Assembly (NCBI GenBank): GCA_013239625.1
Contig: MU054323.1
Location: forward strand, 372,001-436,000
From: Lama guanicoe
Lineage: Eukaryota
Length of the DNA stretch: 64,000 bases
Direction of reading: 5' to 3'
Shown here: piece by piece, positions 36,107 to 47,352 of the stretch
Layout: each line of letters begins with the position of its first letter
How positions within the stretch are numbered: the stretch's first letter is position 1
Program-made: the position numbers and the translations under genes
Notes under the pieces: generated by a model
What the model was told of the DNA's origin: nothing
Seen by the model: only the letters and a program-made list of their open reading frames with translations
Databases searched by the model: none

Positions 36107-36840
36107 TTTTTAAAAAACTGAAGTATATTTGATTCATAATGTGTTAGTTTAAGGTGTACAGCAAAGTGATTCACTTATCTAGATGCACATATATATATTC
36201 TTTTTCAGGTTATTTTCCATTATGAGTTATTACAAGATACTGAATATAGTTCCTTGCGCTACACAGTCAGTCCCTGTTGTTTATCTGTTTTATATGTTGT
36301 GGTTTATATCTGTTAATCCCAAACTCCTAATTTATCCCTTTCCCCACTTCCCCTTTGGTGACCGTAAGTTTGTTTTCTATGTCTATGAGTCTCTTTCTGT
36401 TTTGTACATAAGTTTATTTATGTTATTTTTCTAGATTTCACATATAAATGATATCATATATTTATCTTTCTTTCTCTGTCTGACTTACTTCACTTAGTAG
36501 GATCATCTCTAGGTCCATCCATGTTGCTGCAAATCACATTATTTCCTTCTTTTTTATGATTGATTAATATTTCATTGTATATAGATACCACATCTTCTTT
36601 ATCCATTCATATGTTGATTGACATTTAGGTTGCTTCCAGGTCTTGGCTATTGTAAACAGTGCTGCTACAAATACTGAGGTGCCTGTAGCTTTTTGAATTA
36701 GAATTTTCATCGTTTCTGGATATATGCCCAGGAGTGGGATTGTTGGATCATATGGTAACTTCATTTTTAATTTTTTAAGGCACCTCCATACTGTTCTCCA
36801 TAGTGGTTATGCCAATTTACATTCCCAACAACACTGTAGA
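36107..36840 (-). mobile_element. 5'-truncated young L1 inserted at the end of a MIR
   Basis: Minus ORF 36564-36764 (KLPYDPTIPLLGIYP...FVAALFTIAKTWKQPKC...WIKKMWY) is the L1 ORF2 C-terminus; 3'UTR similar to 27456-28179. Confidence 0.92.
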
Positions 36841-37206
36841 CGGATTAGCAGATGTTAATATGTCAAAGAACAGGTATTTACTGAATGCCTGCTGAGAACC
36901 TTCCATATTGGATGGGATGGTCCCTGACTATCGTGTCCAATCTTAAGTCATCCTTTCATTCAGTGAACATTTATTTGCGATAAACTATATGTCAAGCCCT
37001 GACATGGTAAATGATCTCTTGGAGCTCACACACCATGTACTCTTGGCAGCTTTGTCTATAAGGCTGAAATTTTAGAAAAAAGGTGAAGATCCAATAATAA
37101 GGGAATGGTGAAGAGGACGCACAAAAGAGCATCATCATATAGTGATCCTGACAAGTGTTTATGATGTAATAGGAACCGAGAGAAGCAGGAAATGAAACTG
37201 TGAGTA

Positions 37207-37750
37207 CAGCTGATTTTCGATATTTGCAGTTGTCATATTCTGTGATGTCACAGTGAACCCTGAATTGGTGAACAGGAACCATTGCTCCTAAGAGAAATAC
37301 GTGGTTAGGTTCCTGGGAGCCTCTGGTTACAACATTTTTATTGACTGATTAATTCATAACCTTATTTTATGTGTGCATATGCTTAAAGATGCTTTATTTA
37401 TATATCATTGATTTATTAACATGGAACTAAGGGGCAACAGTGCTATAGCTCATGCCCTAAGGAGGCTTTCCTAACATGTATCTTTTCTGTAAAGCACGTC
37501 ACAGCCTTCTCATGCTTAGGAACACTAGGCGGCGTGACAGCCGAGGACCGTTTTAAACAGGAAGGCAGAACATCTCCATGTTCACCCTTGGCTGGGGAGG
37601 GGAGTGTAGGTGATGCAACTTTTTCACCACTTTGTGCAAGGCTCTGGAAGACCAAGAAAGGGCTGCAAGCATTGGTTTTGGGGTCACAAACACATTTCAG
37701 TGCAGAGGCAAGTTCACCAATGAGGAATCCACAGAGTGTGTGCATGTGGC
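37207..37750 (+). mobile_element. MER82-like TcMar-Tigger element
   Basis: TA then cagctgattttcg...gaaccattgctcctaagagaaatac...ggttaggttcctgggagcctctggttacaacatt...gcttaggaacactag. Confidence 0.85.
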
Positions 37751-38721
37751 TCAAGACTGGGGATGACGGAGGAGAAAATAAAAACAGTGGTCATAGGATT
37801 ACTCTTGGTGTGTCCCTGTTTTACAATTTTCTTTCATGTCATCAAGTTCTTTCTTTCCCCCTTCTTCTTCATCTTACAATGAATACAATTTACTGGGAAA
37901 ATGATCCAAGCCTGCGTGCCTTCTCCCCCACCATTCCTCCCACCCGCCTCGCCCCACAGTTGAGTGGTCAGTGGGCTCAGAGGTGGTGGGAGTGACACTT
38001 GGGGTCAGTGCTTCCCAGCCCGGGCTCCTCCACACCAAATGAGGTTTCTGGATCAGCAGTAACAGGAGATGAGAACACTTAAAACTCTTTTCTCAGTGTG
38101 GAGGCAATCATGCCCTGACTCGAGACTTCTCCCGGCAGCGTGCAGCATCCACCGGTTTCCCTCTGGTTGTGACTGTGGCCTTCCGTGTGGCAGCTCCCAG
38201 AACCCCAGCCCTGTCAGGAGCTCCAATATCCATTCTCCTGTGTTTTGATGACTGGGGAAACAAAGTCATTAAAACGGTACAGTTTTTTAAAAGAAAAAAA
38301 AATCTTCCCTAAACTTGGGCTCTTTGGAGGAAAGATTTAAAAAAAAAAGGGAATGCCTGTAATGGAAGTATTTAGAATTACTGCTCAAAGTTATATAAAA
38401 GGCACCCATTTGGTTCCTTCAAAAAAGTATCTGGCAAGAAGCCAGTGCACCCATTGGTGGGGCCTCGGATGGTCCATTGAATTATTATGGGGGATTATTT
38501 GAAGGGGAAGATCCAGAAATGTCTTCATCAACCCTTGCAGAGGCTACGAGAAGTACTGTCCCCATATAGAGACAGGAAATTCCAGGCCACAAAGGTTGCT
38601 AACATTTTTACCTGACTTGCCTCTGGATTTGGAGTTATGTGAATGGCCTGTTTGTCTAACTCAGCTCTGTGCAAATCAATCTTTCATGGATTCCCTCCCC
38701 CCACCCAGTAAAGATCACCTT

Positions 38722-38741
38722 GGGTCAAAGGTCACAGGTCA
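38722..38741 (+). promoter_or_regulatory. Triple nuclear-receptor half-site array (DR1-DR1)
   Basis: GGGTCA-A-AGGTCA-C-AGGTCA in non-repeat DNA; motif only, no functional data. Confidence 0.55.
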
Positions 38742-39944
38742 TCATGGTCCTCAAATACCTACCCACTTCGTAAGAGTTCCAAAGTGGACAATTACCCAGA
38801 AATTAGGGAGGAACAAAAGCAAGTATTTTGAAAGGCTAATTGGGAAAAAATGAGTACCGCATGTGCGGTAATGTGTCAAGTGTCGCCTTTATGGCTATCC
38901 CAATTAATTTCCAGTTTTTCTCCAACCTGACTTTTCATAACATAGAATGTGATAGAAAGCCCTGGCTGCTGACATAGGGTTCCTTTGTGCTGCACGATGT
39001 CCTGACCATTAGAATATTTATCCCTCCTGGGCCTGTGTTGTGTTCTCACACATGACACGTTCTCAAACACATACGAATCCAGACACCGACATGCAACGTC
39101 CTAACAAAAAGATTGCCCTCAAGCCATTAATTCAGGCCTACCGCTGGAAGTAAAAACCTTAGCAGGACTTCCCAAACGTGTCAGAGTTTTGCAGCTCGTC
39201 CCTGATTGCTTAGAGTGCAAGCAATTCATTTTGATTTAATAAAAAGTCAAAGTGTTCATAGAAGCAAGCCAGGAATAAAGAGGGGCATGACAATTAAATG
39301 GAAAGAAAGAAGCTGAAAGGTGGGTAGGGATCGTCCCAATGATAGATGAAGCCGTTGTGGGTGATGGGAAGGAGCAAGCTGGTTAAATACACACATTTTT
39401 AAAGGGCAGGTGGTCAACGCATAGCACGTACAGCCTTGGCCTCCCGGAAAGCCAGGGAATTGCTTCTGGACGAAAGGAAATTATTATTATTGTTTAACAA
39501 GGGGAATGAGAAGGCTTTCAGACTGTTGTTTCTTACAAGTGTGACATCCAGATGCCTTGTGTTTGCCTTCAAGCTGTGCTTTAAAATCAATTTTTGGCCA
39601 ATTTTAGTATTTCTATTGTGAATTTTTAGGGCAAGAATTAAAAAGAAATCCATCTGTTGATATTTATTTTTCTTGTCCTTTGTTAACCAAAGATTCTTTG
39701 GAACATTCCAGTTTAAAGTAACAATTTCCTTCCATCTCGGTTTTGGGGACAGCTTCGGCAACTCTGGCCCTCCTCCTAGGGGACAGGACATTTAGAAGGG
39801 GCAGAGCTTGGCGACCCCTGCCCAGTGATCTGTCCCTTCTCTAGTCAGCAGTGAGATTCCGAAGAGTAGAGATCCAAGGTCCTGAATAGATTCACTCCAA
39901 ATGGCTGTTTATTCTCCTTGTGTTGACGGTGAGAGAAGTAGCCT

Positions 39945-40135
39945 TTGGAGCAGCTACTGTCTACTAGACACTGAACTGGATGCCTTGTCAATCTCCTATC
40001 ATCTTTATAATCACATGGACTCTGTAAATGTCCCTGTTTAAATGAGGCTGCACAGAAAGGTTAAATAACTTCCCTGAAATCACCCAGCTAAATGGCTAAG
40101 CTGGAATTCAAGCCAGATGTGCCTGCTTTTGCGGC
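39945..40135 (-). mobile_element. MIR SINE
   Basis: aggttaaataacttccctgaaatcacccagctaaatggctaagctggaattcaagccag. Confidence 0.7.
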
Positions 40136-40845
40136 TTCTCTGGGGTCACACTTCCCAGGAGCTCTGAAATCACCGTCCAGGAGAGATGCCGTCCCTGAAA
40201 GTTCATCAGAGGGGGTGGGGGATTTCGGCTCGTTTGGCCAGGATGGGGAGGAGTTGGGACGGGGGGAGTAGCCAGATGCCACAGCCCTCTCAGGTCAAAT
40301 GAAGCCTGATCCTTTCTCAGCTTGATGTGACCTAGAACTGGGAAGCAGATGGGTCCAAGCTGCCTGAGGGTCCGAGGGAGGCCGAGCAGACAAATGGGGT
40401 AGGGCTGGCATCGCGCCTTTGCTGAGGGCCTGGGGCTGTGGGCTGCTTTGAGAACCGAGAGCCCGCGTGGACCTTTTGACTTATAAAACCTCAGCTAAGA
40501 ATTCCACGGCGAGGCTGGAGGGCTCATCCTCTTGGAGGGCAGCAGACCCAGGCAGATCCGGGGCAAATCCGGGGAGATAAGGCAGATGTCAACAGATGCA
40601 TTACAAACAATGTGGCTACTTGCCGGAAGAGATAGCCGGGAAGATAAACAAGGGCCAAGGAAAGGTGCCTAATGGACTTAACGCTCATTCAACAGCGCAG
40701 ACTCATCCCTTTGCAATGCTGGGCAGCAGGGCTGTTTGGAAGAGATGCTGGGTTGTTTAAATGCCCTGAGATCAAATGAGCCCGGGGCCTGGCTCACAGT
40801 CTTCCTATACATGACTCGGGCCTTTATTCATTCACTACTCACCAA

Positions 40846-40957
40846 AGGGGGACCAGTAGTCCTGGTTTGCCCAGGACTGGGTTGCTTTCTGGGACACGGG
40901 ACTTCCAGTGCTAAAATGAGGACTCCCCTGAGCACACCAGGGTCGGCTGGTCTCCTG
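40846..40957. mobile_element. MER94-like hAT-Blackjack MITE inside an L2
   Basis: agggggaccagtagtcctggtttgcccaggact...gggacttccagtgctaaaa...ggctggtctcct, palindromic ends; flanked by minus-strand L2 (~40820-41500). Confidence 0.82.
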
Positions 40958-41285
40958 CTTCCTGGGAATCTGTGATGGACCAGACCCTGGGCCCCAGCTC
41001 GGCATACAGGGCTCAATCAGGCTCAGTCCCTGCTCTTAAGGAGTCCATGTCTGGTCGGGACAGAGAAATAACATCATGGTAACTGTCATGATTGGGCCAT
41101 GTACTATAGCGAGGCCATACTCAGAAGCACAATGATTGCTTTCCAGAGGAAGAGCAAACACTGGAGGTGAGTCTGGAGCGGGAGGAGCGCTCCAGATGTC
41201 TGTAAGAAGCTGGGTAAGGGTCTTGGGACAGCAGGGACCAAGGCCTAGGGGCTCACACAGTGCTTTGGTTCAGGAAATAGTAGCA

Positions 41286-41323
41286 GCGTGTATATGTGTG
41301 TGTGTGTGTGCGCGCGCGTGTGT
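41286..41323. repeat. 38-bp alternating purine-pyrimidine tract (TG)n(CG)4
   Basis: gcgtgtatatgtgtgtgtgtgtgtgcgcgcgcgtgtgt. Confidence 0.9.
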
Positions 41324-41699
41324 TGTGGGGCGTTAGGGGCATGTGGGGGAGAAGAGGTGGGGATTGTGAGGTTGGAGAGGTATTTGAGGGTCCAGGGAAT
41401 AAGTTGCAGGCAATGCTAAGAAAAATGAAATTTATACTATAGGCACAGGGGAGCTACTGAAAGTTTTTTAAGCAGGGAGAGAGAGCATTAGATAATTACA
41501 AACTGTCTCATTCATTCAACAAATGGTTACTAAGCACCTAGCACCTACTATGTGTCAGGCATTGTGCTAGAGGAGTGAATGAATGGATGCATGGCTATCT
41601 GCCAAAAAAGTTTCTTGAATTTTCCAATTGCAGTGAGGGTCCTTGGAATCCAGGGACCAACTGACATGATGTTCAGGCCTGTGGCCTCTGTCAGAAAAA

Positions 41700-42780
41700 T
41701 CATTCCGCAGTGAGCAAATCTAACAAGAAGGCTGCCAGCCCCGGCTCCAACCTCCGCCCCCTTATCTGTTTTTCTTTTTCCGAAAGACCTTGAGGACTCT
41801 AGTCGATTCCACTACAAAACGGTTACACAATTTCCCCCGGAGAAAGCAAGTTTCCACCTTAGGGGGATGAATAAGCCCTTTCTTTTCTAGAGAGCTGGCC
41901 AATGGAGGCCCAGGCTGGGGATGGCAGGAGGGGCAGTGTGGGGAACAGCCGGCTTCGGTCTAATTTGGGGGTGACTATTTGTTTTTTCATTCAACAAAGT
42001 CTGCTTGGCTGGGGCTGCGGCTGCCGGAGCCTCCGGAGGCCGATAAAGCAGGTAACGGGGTCTGCCCGCAGCAGCAGCGGGCTCAGCGCCCTCTAAATCC
42101 GCAGTTGCCCAAAGCATCCATTTTTCTGGGGCTGCGTGTCCTATAAATGGTGCCTTTGAGGAGGCTGCCCCGGTGACAGCAGGACCCTCCCTGCATCACC
42201 CACTCGGCCACTGGATTCTGAAAGCTGATTGTCCCTCCTGAAGCCCTGCCCTCCTGCGACATTCCTCACGCTGACCATTGTCTGCAGAAAGAGGCCATTG
42301 TCTGGGGTTGACATATCTGCTGACGGAGGCACATGAAACAAGCAGGGCTTTGGGGAGAAAGAAATCCACCCCGAACAACAAAAAACCGGAGCCTAGCCGG
42401 AGGGCAGGGCTTAGGCCGGGCGTGTTGAATTGCCTGATGTGCTGGTGTTCTTCCCAAGAGGAAATGCCCCCCATTATGGGAGGATCAGAGTTTTATCTCT
42501 GGGCTGGAATGACACCATTTGTGCCTTTGTGTCAACAGCACTGAGAGGCCTTGTTTAGGGTTATGTGGCCAGCGCTGGGAAGGGCTTGTTTGAAGAGAAA
42601 GAAAAGAAAAAAACCCAGAACAATGTTTACCCAGAAGGCAGCTCCTGCCAACGCAGCCGCGGCCTCGGCCGCCGCCACCCTCCGCGCTGGGATGTTGGCC
42701 GGCTGGCCGGGCCCCCTTGGCTGCTCCTTGGCCTTGAGTGTGGCCATGCCAGCTCTTAAAACACGGGTAAACAGTTCAGT
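41700..42780. promoter_or_regulatory. CpG-enriched repeat-free region, candidate enhancer/promoter
   Basis: GC box ctccgcccc next to cttatct (~41752-41767), CpG clusters at ~41945-42110 and ~42650-42715, TATAAAT at 42142-42148. Confidence 0.45.
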
Positions 42781-42957
42781 TCCCGTCCTCCCCTCCCCTC
42801 GCCCATGCACCCACTGTGGCCTTGACTGCTCGGCCTGCCCTCAGCACCCCCTCCCAATCCTGAGCTACAGGTTAGTACCTGGGAGAGCAGAGTCATCGCC
42901 CCCAGGTGCAGGCAAGATCTGAGACCTGTTGAATTGGCTCAGGGATTCAGCCTCAGG

Positions 42958-43113
42958 GACTCTTCTGACTCAAAGCATGGTCCCAGGACCCGCAGCACCA
43001 GGAACTTGTTAGAAATGCAGAATCTCAGGCCCCACCCCAGACCTGCTGCATCTGAAGCTGCATTTTAACCTGATCTCCTGGGTGGATTTGCACATGAAGT
43101 TTGAGAAGCATGG
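42958..43113 (+). mobile_element. MER5A1-like MITE
   Basis: ctcaaagcatggtcccaggacc...acttgttagaaatgcagaatctcaggccccaccccagacct...aagtttgagaagcatgg. Confidence 0.88.
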
Positions 43114-43121
43114 ATCTAAAT

Positions 43122-43297
43122 CAGGGTTCTCAGACATGGGTGCACGTTGGAATTACCTAGGGAGCTTTTAAAAGTTCCAATGACGAGGCAGCATCTTGGG
43201 CCTGTGGCATCTGGATCTCTGGGGCGGGCTGAAACAGCAGTGTTTTTTAAGACCCCCCCCCAAGGGGATTCTATTTGGATTCCAGGTTTGAGGAAGA
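43122..43297 (+). mobile_element. MER5B-like MITE
   Basis: cagggttctcagacatgggtgcacgttggaattacctagggagcttttaaaa...ccaggtttgagga. Confidence 0.8.
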
Positions 43298-43419
43298 GGA
43301 GTGAGAATGATGCCTTCTTTCCACTGTCCTAGGACTGAATTGGCATCTCACACGATGCAACAGTTTCTGAGCATCTTCTAGGTGCCACGGCCTCTGAGAC
43401 TTCATCAGGGAAGATGGAG

Positions 43420-43720
43420 CATGTTCAAAACTGCAATGCCTTTCTGTCTAAAAGAGTTCCTATTCATCCTTCAAAACCCAGTTGAAATGTCTCATTCTCT
43501 GTGATACATTCCTGGATATTCTGAAACAGGGAAAATGTACCTTCTTCTCTAAACTTCTATTGCTCTCTGCATTTTTCTGTTTCCACAGTTGGAGCCCTGA
43601 GGGCAGGAACTGTGTCTTATTTGTCTTCATATTCCTGGGGACTAAGGCAGGGTCTCGGAGTATAGCAGGTGCTCGGTAAATTTTGTTGACTGAATGGATA
43701 CGTGGGTGAATGCCTGAATG
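43420..43720 (+). mobile_element. L2 3' end
   Basis: cctattcatccttcaaaacccagttgaaatgtc...cctgagggcaggaactgtgtctt...gtgctcggtaaattttgttgactgaatgga. Confidence 0.8.
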
Positions 43721-44699
43721 ATTACGAGGGTAAGTGAAGATCCATTCCCTGCCCTTAAAAAAACAAAACTAGCAGAGGAGGTCACTTTGCACAAAATTAG
43801 CAAGAGGTTAACCTCTGGTGGGTGTTGTGATAGAGGCTGGACCAAAGTCCCGTGGGATGCAGAGCAGGAGAGAGGGGCTCCCTCCAACCATGCTGCTCTA
43901 GGCCCCCAGGGGCCGGGGGGTGGTCCACACGCTTTGCTCATTGTTGCATTTCTTGGGCTCCTTCCCTTGTCATATTTGGAGACAAAAAGATCCTCCACTT
44001 GATGGAAGGTAAACCTTCTGCTTGCATTCCGAGCTAATGCCATTGCTGTCACCCGTAGAACACGTGACTTTCTTTGTATTGCCCATCTCCAGAACTCAAG
44101 CCTGGAGACGGAAGAGAGGAGGCTAATGAGTTTGGGGGGCTGCTGGGAAGGTGGTGTGGTCCCCTTGACTGCTGTGGCTCTGTGGCAACTTGGGCTGTGG
44201 GCTGGCCGGTCATGGCTAAGGTCAGGGTCCTGGCCGGCTGAGGGCTTTCCTGGTCAGAGGCAGAACAGACTGCCCAATCTGCATGTGCTGGGGATTTATG
44301 AGGACAAGAGTCTTGGAGGATGGGCAGAGGCCAGTCAATCACATATACGGGCGCAAAAGAGGCCGAGGCGGATGCTGGGAGCGGCCATGCAGAGGCCAGG
44401 GGTGAGAGGGTCCATGGTGTTGGCTCTCTGTCCCCACAGACATCCTCATTCCTTTAGGTGCACGCACCTGCCTTCCCCTCATGGCGTGCCCCTTGGTCCC
44501 CTGGTGGGATTCTCTCTTGAAATATCTGCCTCCACTCTGGACTCTGAGCATCCTGAGGGCTCTTACCAGATTCAGCCTTCACTCCAGGGCCTCATCAAGC
44601 GTTCCTGGTGCTCTGGATGTTGGGGGAGGGGGGACAGTGACGTTTGTGAATGAGTCAGCCGTGGAGGGTGAATCCTTAAATTCTATGGTGTTTTACAGT

Positions 44700-45226
44700 T
44701 TTCAAAAGTTTCACACACATGATAACCCCTTTCTTCACCCCTGTCTTTCTATCTCCGCCCCACTTCCCTCTGCCCACTGGGAACCACTAGTTTGCTTTCT
44801 GTAACAGTGAGTCTGCTTCTTTTTTGTTTTATTCACTAGTTTGTTGTATATTTTAGGTTCCACATATAAGCGGTGGTATCATATGGTATTTGTCTTTTTC
44901 TGTCTGACTTATTTCATTTAGCATAATGCCCTCCAAGTCTATCCATGTTGCTGCAAATGGCAAAATTTCACTCTTTTTACAGCTGAGTAGTATTCCATTG
45001 TATGTGTGTCTATAACCCATCCTCCTTATCCATTCCTCTGCTGATGGGCACTTAGGTTGCTTCCATACCTTGGCTATTGTAAGTAATGCTGCTGTGAACA
45101 TTGGGGTGCATGTGTTTTTTCAAATTAGTGTTTTGGGGGTTTTTCTGATACACACACAACACACACCTCTAAGAAGGGAATTGCGGGGTCATATGATAGT
45201 TCTGTTTTTAGGTTTTTGAGAAACCC
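44700..45226 (-). mobile_element. 5'-truncated L1
   Basis: Minus ORF 44853-45101 (MFTAALLTIAKVWKQPKCPS...ILPFAATWIDLEGIMLNEISQTEKDKYHM) is the L1 ORF2 C-terminus. Confidence 0.92.
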
Positions 45227-45227
45227 C

Positions 45228-45552
45228 TGAGAAGATATTTTTAAGCAGAGAGAAACACTGAGATCAGTAGACTGTGAGTAAAGCGCACAGTTGGGTTGGG
45301 CCTCATTCAGTCAGGTGAAGGCCTTAAGAGACTGAGGTCTTCCAGAGAAGAAGGCATTATCTCAGGATGGCCTTTGGAATCAAGACTGCAGTGTCAGCTC
45401 TTCCCCGGGTCTCCAGCCTGCTGGCCTGCCCTGCAGAATTCAGACAGACCAGCTCCAACAATCATGGGAGCCAATTCCTTAAAATAAATCTCTCTCTCTC
45501 TTTCTCTCCATCATATTGGTCCATTTCTCCAGAGAGAACGAATCGACTAACC
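45228..45552 (+). mobile_element. MLT2 (ERVL) LTR fragment
   Basis: gggcctcattcagtcaggtgaaggcctta...gggtctccagcctgctggcctgccctgcagaattcagac...gagccaattccttaaaataaatctctctctc. Confidence 0.85.
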
Positions 45553-45741
45553 TAGGGAGCGTTGTGATAAATCTACCCCAGAGTTAAGATTTTTTTTTGT
45601 GACACTTAAGGCCTGAAAGGGACTTCAGGACACTCTTATCTGTGACAGTATTTAGAAGCAGCCCCGAGGAGAATGCCACTACACACAGGCATGGAAAGTG
45701 CCAGACAGAGATCCTGAAACTTGGGTTGAATTAATGGACTA

Positions 45742-45896
45742 TATTTTATTTCTTAAAATTAAAAAGAAAATTATTCATGTATTTTTGGCAAGAGGAGGTA
45801 ATTAAGTTTACTTATTTCTAGAGGAAATACTGGGGACTGAACCCAGGACCTGGTGTATGCTAAGCATGCGCTCTACCACTTGAGCTACACCCTCCC
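45742..45896 (-). mobile_element. Vic-1-type SINE
   Basis: ggaggtaattaagtttacttattt...tactggggactgaacccaggacc...gctaagcatgcgctctaccacttgagctacaccctccc; tail boundary uncertain. Confidence 0.88.
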
Positions 45897-46139
45897 TTCC
45901 CCTCCCCACGGGCTTTAAATTGAACAAAGACCCATACTCATTCTTTCCTACATTTGGCTTTAGCTTCTGCAAACCATCGTCGCCTAAGCTCTGATCATCT
46001 TTAATCACCCATCAAACCAAGCTTCGCCTCACGGCAAGAATCATAGCAGCCAGCCGCAGAGGGCTGTCGGGCAGGCCTCCCAGAGCAGGGAGCATCAGAG
46101 AATGGTTCAGAGGGGTGGGGATCTATCATATAATCCCTA

Positions 46140-46900
46140 TTATTTTTCTTAGATTTATGGAGCATCTGTTACTGTGTCCCCGGCACTTGATAAACTGCTT
46201 TTAATTTTCACAACAATCCTGCAAGCGCAGCCCTATCAGTCCCACGTTACAGATGAAGGAAACACGGTCTGGAGATGCTGACTCACTGTCTGGAGCACAA
46301 AGCTCGGGTTTGTGATGTGAAAGCAAAGCCTGTGCTCATCCCATTGTTCCCGGGCTGAGTTCCACTCGTTCATTCGTTCATTCATTCATCAAATCTTCTT
46401 TGGTGCCAGGGTATATTCTAGGTGTGCAGGAATCTAGAGTAAGACATTTTCCTTTTCTTTAAGAGGCTCAGAGACACAGCAATCATGGGATGGCGAGACA
46501 GTCCTGTCTTGGAGGTGTGTGCAAAGTAAACACAGAAGTGTGAGAAACTATTCTCCCTGGGGCATCAGGAGTCTGATGATTTAAGTAAGAGAGCGTGCGG
46601 CAGAGCTCCTGGCCCTTCCTGTGCAACGAAGGGGGCGGTTGGTGGCACCGGAGGAGGAGCTGACCAGGTGGAGCGGGGATCCCAGAGGGAACAAAGGTGC
46701 TGCAGGAGGAGGAACAGCATGTGTAAAGGCCAGGGGGTCACCGGGGCACCAGGGGATGGGGATGCATAGCCTGTGCCTGTGGCCGAGGCTGCTGGGGGGT
46801 GTGACGAGTGGAGGGCGATGAGGCAGGTAACAACTTGGAAGGGGATGCTGAGTGGCTCAGACTCAGACTGTATCCCAGTGACCACCCGCACCTTTTGTTT
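46140..46900 (-). mobile_element. MIR followed by L2 fragment
   Basis: cccacgttacagatgaaggaaacacgg (MIR); (ttca)n then ...ggaggaacagcatgtgtaaaggcc (L2). Confidence 0.7.
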
Positions 46901-47169
46901 GGGCAGGACGAGGGTGAGCAGAGTGAAGTACTCCCCATGGATGCAAAATTTAAGGGGCGGGGGAAACAGTCACCATGATATATCGCATCAGAAATCAGTG
47001 CAGAAATATCCATGCTAAGCAACAGAGCCAACTTGAAATAAAGACAGCCCACCTGCCTCACCTCGCCCTAATCCTGGCCCTGCTTTTGTTCAAAACCCAG
47101 ATTCCTAGTGTCCCCCCCCATATCTACTGGCTTTATTATTTCCTGGGGTCCTGGGTGATTTTTATGGTT

Positions 47170-47352
47170 GTGTTTTTTCCTTTTAAGCTTGTCTATGATT
47201 AATAACCACCCGAGGGCACTTGGTGAAATCTAGATTCTCACGTTCCTCGCGGACCTTCTGTATCTGAGTGGCCAGCAGAGAGGCCTGGGAAGCTGGAGGC
47301 TTAGCAAGGACCTCGGGAGCTTCCTAACCCCGGATAAGATGGCAAATTATGG
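47170..47352. mobile_element. MER117-like hAT-Charlie MITE
   Basis: taataaccacccgagggcacttggtgaaatctagattc...gaggcctgggaagctg...ttagcaagg...aagatggcaaatt. Confidence 0.55.

Noticed and set aside
36564..36764. Recognisable protein fragments (also 44853-45101)
   Set aside because: L1 ORF2 C-terminal remnants in truncated retrotransposons, not host genes
42083..42100. CTCF-like cagcgccctcta (and cagcgccccca near 11471)
   Set aside because: Only the GGGCGCTG half matches; the CCAC/CCAG half is missing
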